Source: an uncultured Candidatus Bathyarchaeia archaeon | Lineage (GTDB): Archaea > Thermoproteota > Bathyarchaeia > Bathyarchaeales > DTEX01 | Direction of reading: 5' to 3' | DNA: 64,000 bases | NCBI GenBank assembly: GCA_964584965.1 | Contig: CAZPBM010000001.1 | Location: 9,841 to 73,840, forward strand | Shown: positions 19,256-27,379 of the stretch, in pieces | How positions within the stretch are numbered: position 1 is the stretch's first letter | How the letters are laid out: every line of letters begins with the position of its first letter | Program-made: the position numbers and the translations under genes | Notes under the pieces: model-generated | The model's input: the letters and a program-made list of their open reading frames with translations, nothing else | Told to the model about the DNA's origin: nothing | The model's database searches: none

Positions 19256-19348
19256 ATGATGTATATATACATTGGCGTGGGAGCAACTGCAGTCGCCATT
19301 ATTTTGGGTCTTTTATTAATGAAAAGACGCAGTGGCATATCTATATGA
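19256..19348 (+). other. Out-of-frame C-terminal TM anchor segment (MMYIYIGVGATAVAIILGLLLMKRRSGISI*), probably the displaced 3' end of the 17841-19187 gene
   Basis: The -1 frame is open over 19115-19345 and overlaps the end of the upstream ORF. It ends in a hydrophobic helix followed by KRR. There is no SD or convincing independent start. Confidence 0.45.
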
Positions 19349-19520
19349 GAACTCAAATAACGGTTCAGCCTCTAAAAACCAAGCAAATTCAAAAATTAGC
19401 AATTTAGGATTTCATTTATTATTTAGAGAGAAAATAAAATACAAATTGTTGAATGGTTACTATTTGTTTAAATGCGTCTTATGTTATGATGAAAGACGAT
19501 ATTGATTGAGGAAGTTTAGA

Positions 19521-20279
19521 ATGAACAAAATTGAGATAATGCCAGTTATGGGTCTTCCGATCATAAAGGAAGAAGCCGATCTCGGTGAACTGATATCTAA
19601 AGCTGCGGAAAGGCAGGGTACACCAATCCAAGAAGGAGACATAATTGTCGTTACTCATGTTGCGGTTTCTAAAGCTGAAGGAAACATCATCAATCTCGAC
19701 AAAATAGTCCCTTCGCCATTTGCGATGACAATAGCTAAAGAGATGAATAAAGACCCAGCATTGATTGAGGTTATTCTTCGAGAATCGAATTCTATTATTC
19801 GAATGGGAAACGGTCACTTAATAACTGAAACTAAACATGGTCTTATATGCGCCAATGCTGGTGTCGATCGGTCAAATATCCCAGGAGAGAGAAAGGTTGC
19901 ACCACTTCCAAAAGATCCAGATCTTTCAGCTCGTCGAATTAGGCAGAGAATAAAGGAAGTCACTGGAAAGGATGTAGCTGTACTTATTTCTGACACTCAT
20001 GGTCGAGCATTAAGAAGAGGGCAAATTAATATAGCCATAGGGATCGCTGGAATTAAGCCGATTAGAGATAGAAGAGGCGAAACCGATCTTTTTGGTTATA
20101 CGCTTAGGATAAAACAAACTGCAATTGCTGATGAACTTTGTTCAGCAGCGGAGTTAGTGATTGGACAAGCGAATGAAGGAATACCTGTAGCTATCATCAG
20201 AGGATATCCATATCAAAAAACAGAAGAAGCCTCTTTAAAAGATCTTTTGTGGCCAAAAGAGAAGGCTCTTTTTATCTAA
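19521..20279 (+). CDS. cofE: Coenzyme F420-0:L-glutamate ligase
   Basis: GDIIVVTHVAVSKAEG, LICANAGVDRSNIPG, LPKDPDLSARRIR and VLISDTHGRALRRGQINIAIG. SD GAGGA lies 8 nt before ATG 19521. Confidence 0.88.
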   Translation: MNKIEIMPVMGLPIIKEEADLGELISKAAERQGTPIQEGDIIVVTHVAVSKAEGNIINLDKIVPSPFAMTIAKEMNKDPALIEVILRESNSIIRMGNGHLITETKHGLICANAGVDRSNIPGERKVAPLPKDPDLSARRIRQRIKEVTGKDVAVLISDTHGRALRRGQINIAIGIAGIKPIRDRRGETDLFGYTLRIKQTAIADELCSAAELVIGQANEGIPVAIIRGYPYQKTEEASLKDLLWPKEKALFI

Positions 20280-20921
20280 TAGATGCTCAAAATCTTTGAC
20301 TACTCCATCTTGTGCCAGTTTACTAGCCCTAGATAAATCCTTTTTGGTGTTAATATTAAAAAACGTTATTAAATAAGGATCGAACTGTTGAATAACGGTG
20401 GTTGAAAGATATCTAACTCTTTTTTGACGTTGAATCATGTTTAAAAGCCTCATTTCGGACTGTTCTAACGCTTGTTTTGAAGCCTTTAGAGCAGACTCTG
20501 TTCTGTAAACAGCTTGCAAAGGCTCCATGTTATCATTAGGCCATCTTGGAATACAAGCGTCAACATTTACACATGTCTCAAATAATAATTCAATAACTTT
20601 AGTAGATATGAAAGGCGTGTCGCATGGAAGCAGAAGAGAAAACTCAGCGGATGTATTTGAAAAACCAGTTAAGGCGCCAATAAGTGGGCCTCCAACCTTT
20701 CCGTTGTCAATGATGATCCGGTTCTTCTCTGGAATATACCTTGAATAAGCTTCTTTTTGTTTTTTTGAGCTGACAATCACTAAAATCTCGTCCACGATCA
20801 TTTTTGTCTTTTCAAACACATGCAATACAAGTGGTTTTCCAGCTAGTTTTACAAGTCCCTTGTCTTGCCCAAACCTTTTCGAGAATCCACCTGCGAGGAT
20901 TATTGCAGCTTTTTCCATCAA
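20235..20921 (-). CDS. mobA: Molybdenum cofactor guanylyltransferase (MobA-like NTP transferase)
   Basis: AAIILAGGFSKRFGQDKGLVKLAGKPL and LLLPCDTPFIS. Its 3' end overlaps the convergent cofE by 45 nt. Confidence 0.8.
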   Translation of the reverse strand: MMEKAAIILAGGFSKRFGQDKGLVKLAGKPLVLHVFEKTKMIVDEILVIVSSKKQKEAYSRYIPEKNRIIIDNGKVGGPLIGALTGFSNTSAEFSLLLPCDTPFISTKVIELLFETCVNVDACIPRWPNDNMEPLQAVYRTESALKASKQALEQSEMRLLNMIQRQKRVRYLSTTVIQQFDPYLITFFNINTKKDLSRASKLAQDGVVKDFEHLLDKKSLLFWPQKIF

Positions 20922-20936
20922 AGCATCCTCAATGAT

Positions 20937-21809
20937 TCATATTTTGTTAAGAACATATTTTATTATCTCGTCTGCAATGTTAATTTTGGTTACAGACTGT
21001 AATCCCCTCCATCCCGGTTGGCTGTTAATTTCGATGATTAATGGACCAGCCTTTGTTTCAAGAATGTCTACTCCTGCAACTTGGCATCCTAATATCTTAG
21101 CTCCCTTAAGAGCTAAATTTGCAATTTCACGGGAGGGGTAATACGGTTCAGGAACTGCTCCTTGACTTACGTTGGTCTTCCAATTTTCTGAAACCCTACG
21201 CATAGAAGAAAGAATTTGGTTACCAAGCACAAAAATTCTGAAATCATAGTTTCCATGAGGAACAAACTCTTGAATATAAATAACCTGATGATTAAACTCA
21301 AGTGCTCGAAAAATTCTTTCAGCAACATCCTTATTTGAGACTCTTACAGAACCAATTCCGCGCGAACCAAATATAGGTTTAACAACAATGTCTTCGCCCA
21401 ATTCATGGAATACTCTCAAAGCTGCGTTTGCACTTTCAACAGCTATGGTTCTTGGAACAGGAAGCCCAGCCTCTTCTAGTAACGATAGTGTAAAAAACTT
21501 GTCAACAGATTTTTCTATTGCAGAGGGCGGATTCAAAATATACATGCCCAATCTCTTAAGTCTGTGAAGGATGTCCATTCGGAAAATAATTTCTTCCAGC
21601 GATCCTCGGCCAATAGGTCGGACGATGATTGCATCTAGTTCACATAGAATATCATGAATATCTGTTGATACTTGAGGTCTAAGTCCTACCCTTGCAATCA
21701 AGTCCCTGAAACTAAAATATGAAGGAATAGCGTTATTTTTGATAATTGATGATATAAGCTGGGTTGAACACCAAGATTTCTCGTTTCGCGTTAAGATACC
21801 AATTTTCAA
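20937..21809 (-). CDS. RimK-family ATP-grasp alpha-L-glutamate ligase (CofF/MptN-like)
   Basis: ATP-grasp body (VVKPIFGSRGIGSVRV, YIQEFVPH..DFRIFVLG, AGVDILE...GPLIIEINSQPGW). Lies upstream of mobA on the same strand, near cofE. Confidence 0.8.
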   Translation of the reverse strand: MKIGILTRNEKSWCSTQLISSIIKNNAIPSYFSFRDLIARVGLRPQVSTDIHDILCELDAIIVRPIGRGSLEEIIFRMDILHRLKRLGMYILNPPSAIEKSVDKFFTLSLLEEAGLPVPRTIAVESANAALRVFHELGEDIVVKPIFGSRGIGSVRVSNKDVAERIFRALEFNHQVIYIQEFVPHGNYDFRIFVLGNQILSSMRRVSENWKTNVSQGAVPEPYYPSREIANLALKGAKILGCQVAGVDILETKAGPLIIEINSQPGWRGLQSVTKINIADEIIKYVLNKI

Positions 21810-22087
21810 ATACTTAACCGCCTTCTTAGAAACTGCCTGTTAAAACTAAGTAGTTAAATAGAATAACATGTCTATAAATTACTTTTTTATATATATCCTT
21901 CCAAAAAATTTTTACTTTTCTGCATCAGCTTTTAGTCGCTTCATTTTTTTTAAAAAAAATAAATCTAGTTTATCCTACTTTTTTAAATAAATAAACAGCA
22001 ACCAAGCCTAATATTAGGTTTAATTTTCGTTAAGAGCTGAATCTATTTTCTTAATTTACCACTGCCTACAAGGTGGTGTTGCAATCG

Positions 22088-22370
22088 ATGTCAGACTTAG
22101 AAGATAAAGTTCTAAACGAAATTGGAAAGATAATTGATTTGGAGACCGGTCTTGCACTTCGAAATGAAGATGATTCGCTTAGTTAGGGAGATTGAACATG
22201 GCGTTGTGAAAATTGATTTTACACCTACAAGTCCATTTTGCCCGATGGCTATCAGATTAGCAGTTGAAATAAAAAATAAAGCTGAAAACGTGGATGGGGT
22301 TAAAAAAGTGCTGGTCTACGTTCGAGGACATATTATGGAAAATGAAATTAACGATAGAATCAACAAATAG
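22088..22370 (+). pseudogene. DUF59/MIP18-family Fe-S assembly protein with an apparent 1-nt frameshift after about codon 25
   Basis: ATG 22088 (SD AAGGTGGTG 9 nt upstream) gives MSDLEDKVLNEIGKIIDLETGLAL..., then stops at 22184-22186. The +1 frame continues MKMIRLVREIEHGVVKIDFTPTSPFCPMA...GVKKVLVYV. Together these form a standard DUF59. Confidence 0.65.
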
Positions 22371-22406
22371 GTTGGCATCTAATAATCATTTTATGCAGGG
22401 TTTGAC

Positions 22407-23762
22407 TTAGATATTAACCAACTCTGCCTCCAGATATGTTGAAAATGATTTTGTAACTTTAACGTTTACGAATTTTCCGAGAAGGTTTCTATTGTCCTTC
22501 ACCACTATGGGTTTATAAGAAAAGTTTCGCCCTATCCAAGATTTACCTTTACCTTGTTCGTCAATAAGTATTTCTCCTTCCCATCCTACCCATTTTTGGT
22601 TTCTTTCATATGTTATCTTTTTTACCAAATAGGATAAAAGTGTACTTCTTTGTTTTACTATACTAACATCAATTCTTTTCATTTTTTCTGCAGACGTGTG
22701 AGGTCGTGGAAAGAACTTTGATACATTAACTATGTCTGGCTTAACTTGTCTGATAAGATCAAGGGTTTTTTTAAAATTATCTTCCTTTTCACCTGGAAAA
22801 CCACAAATAATGTCTGTTGATAAGGTTATTTCAGGAATTTTTTCTCTGAATCTATGAACTATTGTCAAATAATCCTCGACTGAATATTTGCGATTCATTT
22901 TTTTGAGAATTAGGTTATCTCCACTTTGAACTGGAAGGTGAATAAACTTGAAAATTTTTTCATCCCTATAGGCGTTTATAAGTTCATCAAGTATAGAGAG
23001 GATATAATTTGGATTCATCATTCCAATCCTAATGAAAAATTTTCCCTCAACCTTACAGCATTCACGTAATAGTTCAGCGAGATTTGCATGAATATCCAGC
23101 CCATAAGCTCCAGTGTCCTGTGAAGTAAGCCATATTTCTTTTATGCCATTTCTGACTGCTTGTCTTAGACTTTGGACAACAGCTTCTTTAGGATAAGAAA
23201 ACAAGGCACCCCTAGCGAACCTAACACAACAATATGAACAAGAACCAGCGCATCCCTCTGAAATTAATATTATTTCAATAGGAGGTTTAAGAATGACCCT
23301 TTCAAAGGTCAGCTTTAAAATTGGCTTTTTAGAGATAAAGATTCTTCTTTTTTCACCCTTTTCTGCTAACTTTACTGCCTCAAGTATTTTGTCAATATTA
23401 TGAGGGTCTAGAGATACCGAGAAATCAGGAGCAGCTTTTGAAATTGCTTTGGGATTAATACACGGCAGACAACCCGTAATTATGAGCGGTTTTTTTGTTT
23501 CGCTAAGTTTCTGCAATCTTCCTATTATTCGATCCTCCGTTGGTTTCTTTACTCCACAAGTGTTAATCAAAATGATGCTGGCTAAATCGGCACTGTTTGT
23601 TAAGTGGTATCCCGCATCAGATAGTTGTTTTATAAGAATTTCGAAGTCAAATACATTTGCAGCACAACCATAATTCTCAGCGTAAACAGTTTTTTCATTA
23701 CAAATCTGCTTTTGGCCTAATTGCTTGAATTTAGGATTCGCTGCAATATTGATGGATGCCAT
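22407..23762 (-). CDS. MiaB-like tRNA methylthiotransferase, archaeal type (MtaB/CDKAL1-like)
   Basis: UPF0004 N-domain (ENYGCAANVFDFE), radical SAM CAGSCSYCCV and a C-terminal TRAM (LGKFVNVKVTKS). Confidence 0.85.
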   Translation of the reverse strand: MASINIAANPKFKQLGQKQICNEKTVYAENYGCAANVFDFEILIKQLSDAGYHLTNSADLASIILINTCGVKKPTEDRIIGRLQKLSETKKPLIITGCLPCINPKAISKAAPDFSVSLDPHNIDKILEAVKLAEKGEKRRIFISKKPILKLTFERVILKPPIEIILISEGCAGSCSYCCVRFARGALFSYPKEAVVQSLRQAVRNGIKEIWLTSQDTGAYGLDIHANLAELLRECCKVEGKFFIRIGMMNPNYILSILDELINAYRDEKIFKFIHLPVQSGDNLILKKMNRKYSVEDYLTIVHRFREKIPEITLSTDIICGFPGEKEDNFKKTLDLIRQVKPDIVNVSKFFPRPHTSAEKMKRIDVSIVKQRSTLLSYLVKKITYERNQKWVGWEGEILIDEQGKGKSWIGRNFSYKPIVVKDNRNLLGKFVNVKVTKSFSTYLEAELVNI

Positions 23763-24019
23763 GGTGCCCTAACAAATCCTAATGGATAACGAATATAAGA
23801 ATACCTGTTATTTGCACATATTTAAAAGGGATATCCTTAGCACTATTTAAATAAAAAAACAGAAAATTTAGCATTATTATTAACATCATTTTGTAACATT
23901 GTCAATACCCATTAGAAAAAAGCTTAAAAGGAAATGTTACATTCATGTTCATATCATGTTTAAATCATATTATATACATATTTATGATGAAGATCGATTT
24001 TTTGTTCTAGGTGAAAAGT

Positions 24020-24184
24020 ATGAAACTTATTACGCTATATCTTCCTGAACCATACTTAGATGCATTAGATGAACTTGTGACTAAAAGATATTATCCCCAT
24101 AGAGCTGAAGCGATTCGAGTAGCTATTCGAGACTTAATTTCCAATGAGCTGTGGGAAAGGGAGAAAGATGCCAAAGATAGCTGA
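24020..24184 (+). CDS. Ribbon-helix-helix (CopG/Arc-type) protein, 54 aa, overlapping the ftsZ start
   Basis: MKLITLYLPEPYLDALDELVTKRYYPHRAEAIRVAIRDLISNELWEREKDAKDS*. It has a beta strand plus two helices and the RHH signature (SRSEAIR-like). SD AGGTGA lies 5 nt upstream. Below the ORF-track cutoff. Confidence 0.75.
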   Translation: MKLITLYLPEPYLDALDELVTKRYYPHRAEAIRVAIRDLISNELWEREKDAKDS

Positions 24185-25268
24185 TAAAGCATTACAATTT
24201 TCATGGGACGAAACCTTACCTGAAGGAATCAGAGATCCAGGCTACTGCCGCATAATGGTCTTAGGAGTTGGAGGGGCAGGAAACAACACTGTTAATCGTC
24301 TGATGGAAACAGGTAATGTTGCTGCTGAATGTGTTGCTCTTAACACAGATATGCAACATTTGAGAGTAACTCATTCAAAAATTAAACTTTTGATAGGGGA
24401 GAAACTTACTAGAGGTTTAGGTTCGGGCGGTGATCCAGAGATCGGTAGGGCGGCCATCGAAGAATCAGTTGAGCAGGTATCGAAAATTCTTGAAGGAGTT
24501 GACATAGCTTTCGTTACTGCAGGTATGGGTGGAGGAACAGGCACAGGTGCGTCTCCTGTTGTTGCTAAGTTAGCTCGCGAGAAAGGAGCGATTGTTGTCG
24601 GAGTTGTTACAATGCCTTTCAAGATTGAAAAGGGCCGAATTGCTTATGCTATAAAGGGTTTAGCTGAGCTGCGAAGAGAATGTGACACAGTAATTGTTAT
24701 CGATAATAACAAGTTGATGAGACTGGTTCCTCAGCTGCCCATAAACGAAGCCTTCAAGGTTGGGGATGGTGTCTTAGCTAACATGATCAGTGGAATAACT
24801 GAAACTATCTCTTTGCCAAGCTTGATAAATTTGGACTTTGCAGACTTCCGTACTATTATTAGGAAAGGCGGTGTAGCTGTAGCAGGCATTGGGCAGTCTG
24901 ATGCGCCAAACCGAGCTGAGGAGGCTGTGCAAAAGGCCTTGAAGATGCCATTACTTGATGTCGACTATGCTGGAGCTAAGGGGGCGTTAATTCATGTTGC
25001 GGGCGACGACCAGATGACAATCGATGAGGCTAATAGAGTAGGTGAAATTGTGACGCAGATGATGAGCGATGATGCTCTTGTAATTTGGGGAGCAAGAGTA
25101 AATCCAGCATTAGCGGGAACATTAAAAGTTACGCTTGTTATGACTGGGGTTCACTCACAATACCTTCTAAGCGGATATGGTTCTGGGATGCCAGAAATAT
25201 TTCAACTGGACAAGAAGGGGGAAATTGCAAAACCTCATAACGTTGACTTGGGTTTGTATCAAGTTTAA
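24168..25268 (+). CDS. ftsZ: Cell division GTPase FtsZ
   Basis: VLGVGGAGNNTVNRL, the tubulin signature GMGGGTGTGASPV and NLDFADF. ATG 24168 is preferred over the track start at 24144. Confidence 0.95.
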   Translation: MPKIADKALQFSWDETLPEGIRDPGYCRIMVLGVGGAGNNTVNRLMETGNVAAECVALNTDMQHLRVTHSKIKLLIGEKLTRGLGSGGDPEIGRAAIEESVEQVSKILEGVDIAFVTAGMGGGTGTGASPVVAKLAREKGAIVVGVVTMPFKIEKGRIAYAIKGLAELRRECDTVIVIDNNKLMRLVPQLPINEAFKVGDGVLANMISGITETISLPSLINLDFADFRTIIRKGGVAVAGIGQSDAPNRAEEAVQKALKMPLLDVDYAGAKGALIHVAGDDQMTIDEANRVGEIVTQMMSDDALVIWGARVNPALAGTLKVTLVMTGVHSQYLLSGYGSGMPEIFQLDKKGEIAKPHNVDLGLYQV

Positions 25269-25317
25269 ATTCTATTTTTTTATTTAAAATGAAATTTATA
25301 GGGTCAATTGCTTATAT

Positions 25318-27312
25318 CTAGCTTACTTTCGCACCATTTTTCACAGGTTTTTCTGGTTGAAGAAATACAACGTTCTTTTCATCTTGAGCTGCTAGGATCA
25401 TTACTTCGGATTCTATACCAAAAATTCTTCTTGGTTCTAAGTTTGTTATCACTATTAATTGTTGCCCTACGAGTTCTTCTGGTTTGTAATACTTTGCTAT
25501 TCCTGCTACTGCAGTTTTTATTTGATTATCCCCTACATCGATTGAAAGTTTTATGAGGTTATCTGAGCCTTTGACTTTTTCTACTTTGATAATTTTACCT
25601 ATTCGAAGATCCATTTTAGAAAATTCTTCATAGGAGATTTTTTGTGATGTTTCTCTCACTTTTCTCAGTTTTTCCTGAAGCTCCATTTCTGATGCTTCAA
25701 TCTTATTGAATAAGGGTTCAGGTTCATTAATTTTGTGACCTGGAGGAAGTAATTTTACCGCATCCTCAAATCGAACATTGGAAGGTAAATTAAGAATTCT
25801 TAATAGTTTTTCACATGTAAAGGGCACAATTGGTTCCAACAAAATCGTTAAAGCTTTAACAATTTGGATCACAACGTAAAGCGTATTAGCTGTAATTTGT
25901 GGATCCTCTTTAATGGTTTTCCAAGGCTGTTTTTCATTCAAGTATCTATTTCCTTCTCGACATAGATCCATTGCTTCTCGACACGCATTCTGCAATTGAA
26001 AACTCTCAAGCAACGTATCTATTTTTTCACATGATTTTACAATGGACTGAAGAATCCGTTTGTCTGTTTCGTCGAGTTTCTGAGGGCATGGAACCTCTCC
26101 TTTATAATATCTAGCAATAAATGTGAGAGTACGATGAATAAAGTTGCCTAAAGTATCATTTAGATCAGAATTCACCTTTTCAAGAAAAACTGTCCAAGAA
26201 AAACTAGAATCTTTGGTTTCAGGTCTAGTTGCAATTAACATATACCTCCAGTAGTCAACTGGAAACAACTCAAGAGCCTCATCAATCCAAACACCGATTC
26301 CTCGACTTTTAGAGAACTTTTGCCCTTCAAAAGTTAAAAACTCGTTTGTGTTTACATTCCAAGGCAAATTGTATCCGTCGTGCGAAGCCAACAGTAAAGC
26401 TGGAAAAATTAATGTGTGAAATGGAATATTATCTTTGCCTATTAGGCAATAGACTCTTGAGTTTTCATTAAACCAGAATTCTTTCCATTTTTTCTCATTC
26501 CCAGACCGTCTAAAATATTCAATTGTTGCTGAAACATAGCCTAAAACATTCTCAAACCAAACATAGAGAACTTTGCCCTCTGCTCCTTCATAAGGTGCAG
26601 GAACCCCCCATTCGCTGTCTCTAGTTAATGGTCTAGGTTTAAGTCCTTCTTTAATGTAGTTTAAACTGAAGTTTCGGGCGTTGTCTGGAAATTGTTTGTT
26701 GTTCTCAATGTAGTTTAGAAGTTGCGCGGAAAACTTCGGAAAGTCAAAGTACCAATGTTTCACTTTGTGAAAAATGGGAGTTTCCCCGCAGATGGAACAT
26801 CGAATTTCAAGTAGAACTATTGGATCCATTAGTCTCCCGCATTGTTCGCATTGATCTCCTTTAGCGCCATCATATCCACAGTGTGGGCATTTACCTTCAA
26901 CAAACCGGTCAGGAAGAAATCTATTACACTTTGGGCAATACGGTAATTCAGCGTCTTTTGTGAAGATGTATCCATTTTTTTCAATCTTACGATGAAGGCT
27001 TGTAACGAATTCCTTGTGAACCGGGCTCTCAGTCGTGGTATAATTATCAAACGATATACCCCATTTTTCAAAAAGGTTGGAAACAATCTTATGGTTTTTA
27101 TCAGTTAGCTCTTTTGGTGAGATTCCTTGTTTAACTGCCTCAACCTCAACTGGTGTGCCATGTACATCCGAGCCGCTAACAAATAGTACTTCGTCTCCTT
27201 TAAGTCTATGATATCTTGCGAAAACGTCAGCAGCCAATATGGGTAGAAGGTTTCCCAAATGTGGAACATGTTGTATATACGGCCAGGCTGAAGTAACTAA
27301 TACTTTAGCGAG
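25318..27312 (-). CDS. metG: Methionyl-tRNA synthetase with a C-terminal EMAP/Trbp111 tRNA-binding domain (start codon unresolved)
   Basis: ADVFARYHRLKG, Zn knuckles (CPKC...CPHCG...CEQCG...CSICG), KFSKSRG (KMSKS) and a C-terminal DLRIGKI...IKLSIDVG OB domain. The track start (TTG 27258) cuts the HIGH motif. The frame is open upstream and reads AKVLVTSAWPYIQHVPHLGN. See findings. Confidence 0.9.
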   Translation of the reverse strand, partial: LAKVLVTSAWPYIQHVPHLGNLLPILAADVFARYHRLKGDEVLFVSGSDVHGTPVEVEAVKQGISPKELTDKNHKIVSNLFEKWGISFDNYTTTESPVHKEFVTSLHRKIEKNGYIFTKDAELPYCPKCNRFLPDRFVEGKCPHCGYDGAKGDQCEQCGRLMDPIVLLEIRCSICGETPIFHKVKHWYFDFPKFSAQLLNYIENNKQFPDNARNFSLNYIKEGLKPRPLTRDSEWGVPAPYEGAEGKVLYVWFENVLGYVSATIEYFRRSGNEKKWKEFWFNENSRVYCLIGKDNIPFHTLIFPALLLASHDGYNLPWNVNTNEFLTFEGQKFSKSRGIGVWIDEALELFPVDYWRYMLIATRPETKDSSFSWTVFLEKVNSDLNDTLGNFIHRTLTFIARYYKGEVPCPQKLDETDKRILQSIVKSCEKIDTLLESFQLQNACREAMDLCREGNRYLNEKQPWKTIKEDPQITANTLYVVIQIVKALTILLEPIVPFTCEKLLRILNLPSNVRFEDAVKLLPPGHKINEPEPLFNKIEASEMELQEKLRKVRETSQKISYEEFSKMDLRIGKIIKVEKVKGSDNLIKLSIDVGDNQIKTAVAGIAKYYKPEELVGQQLIVITNLEPRRIFGIESEVMILAAQDEKNVVFLQPEKPVKNGAKVS

Positions 27313-27379
27313 CGCGGTACACCTCCAAGCATCAGCAATAAAGTATTGAACATGTACTTAAACACCACGGAGAATCTTT

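Noticed and set aside
21944-21959. Perfect T8A8 palindrome in the 280-bp AT-rich spacer before the DUF59 gene
   Set aside because: Such runs are expected by chance in very AT-rich intergenic DNA. It has no flanking repeats or ORB-like elements and no cdc6/orc gene nearby.
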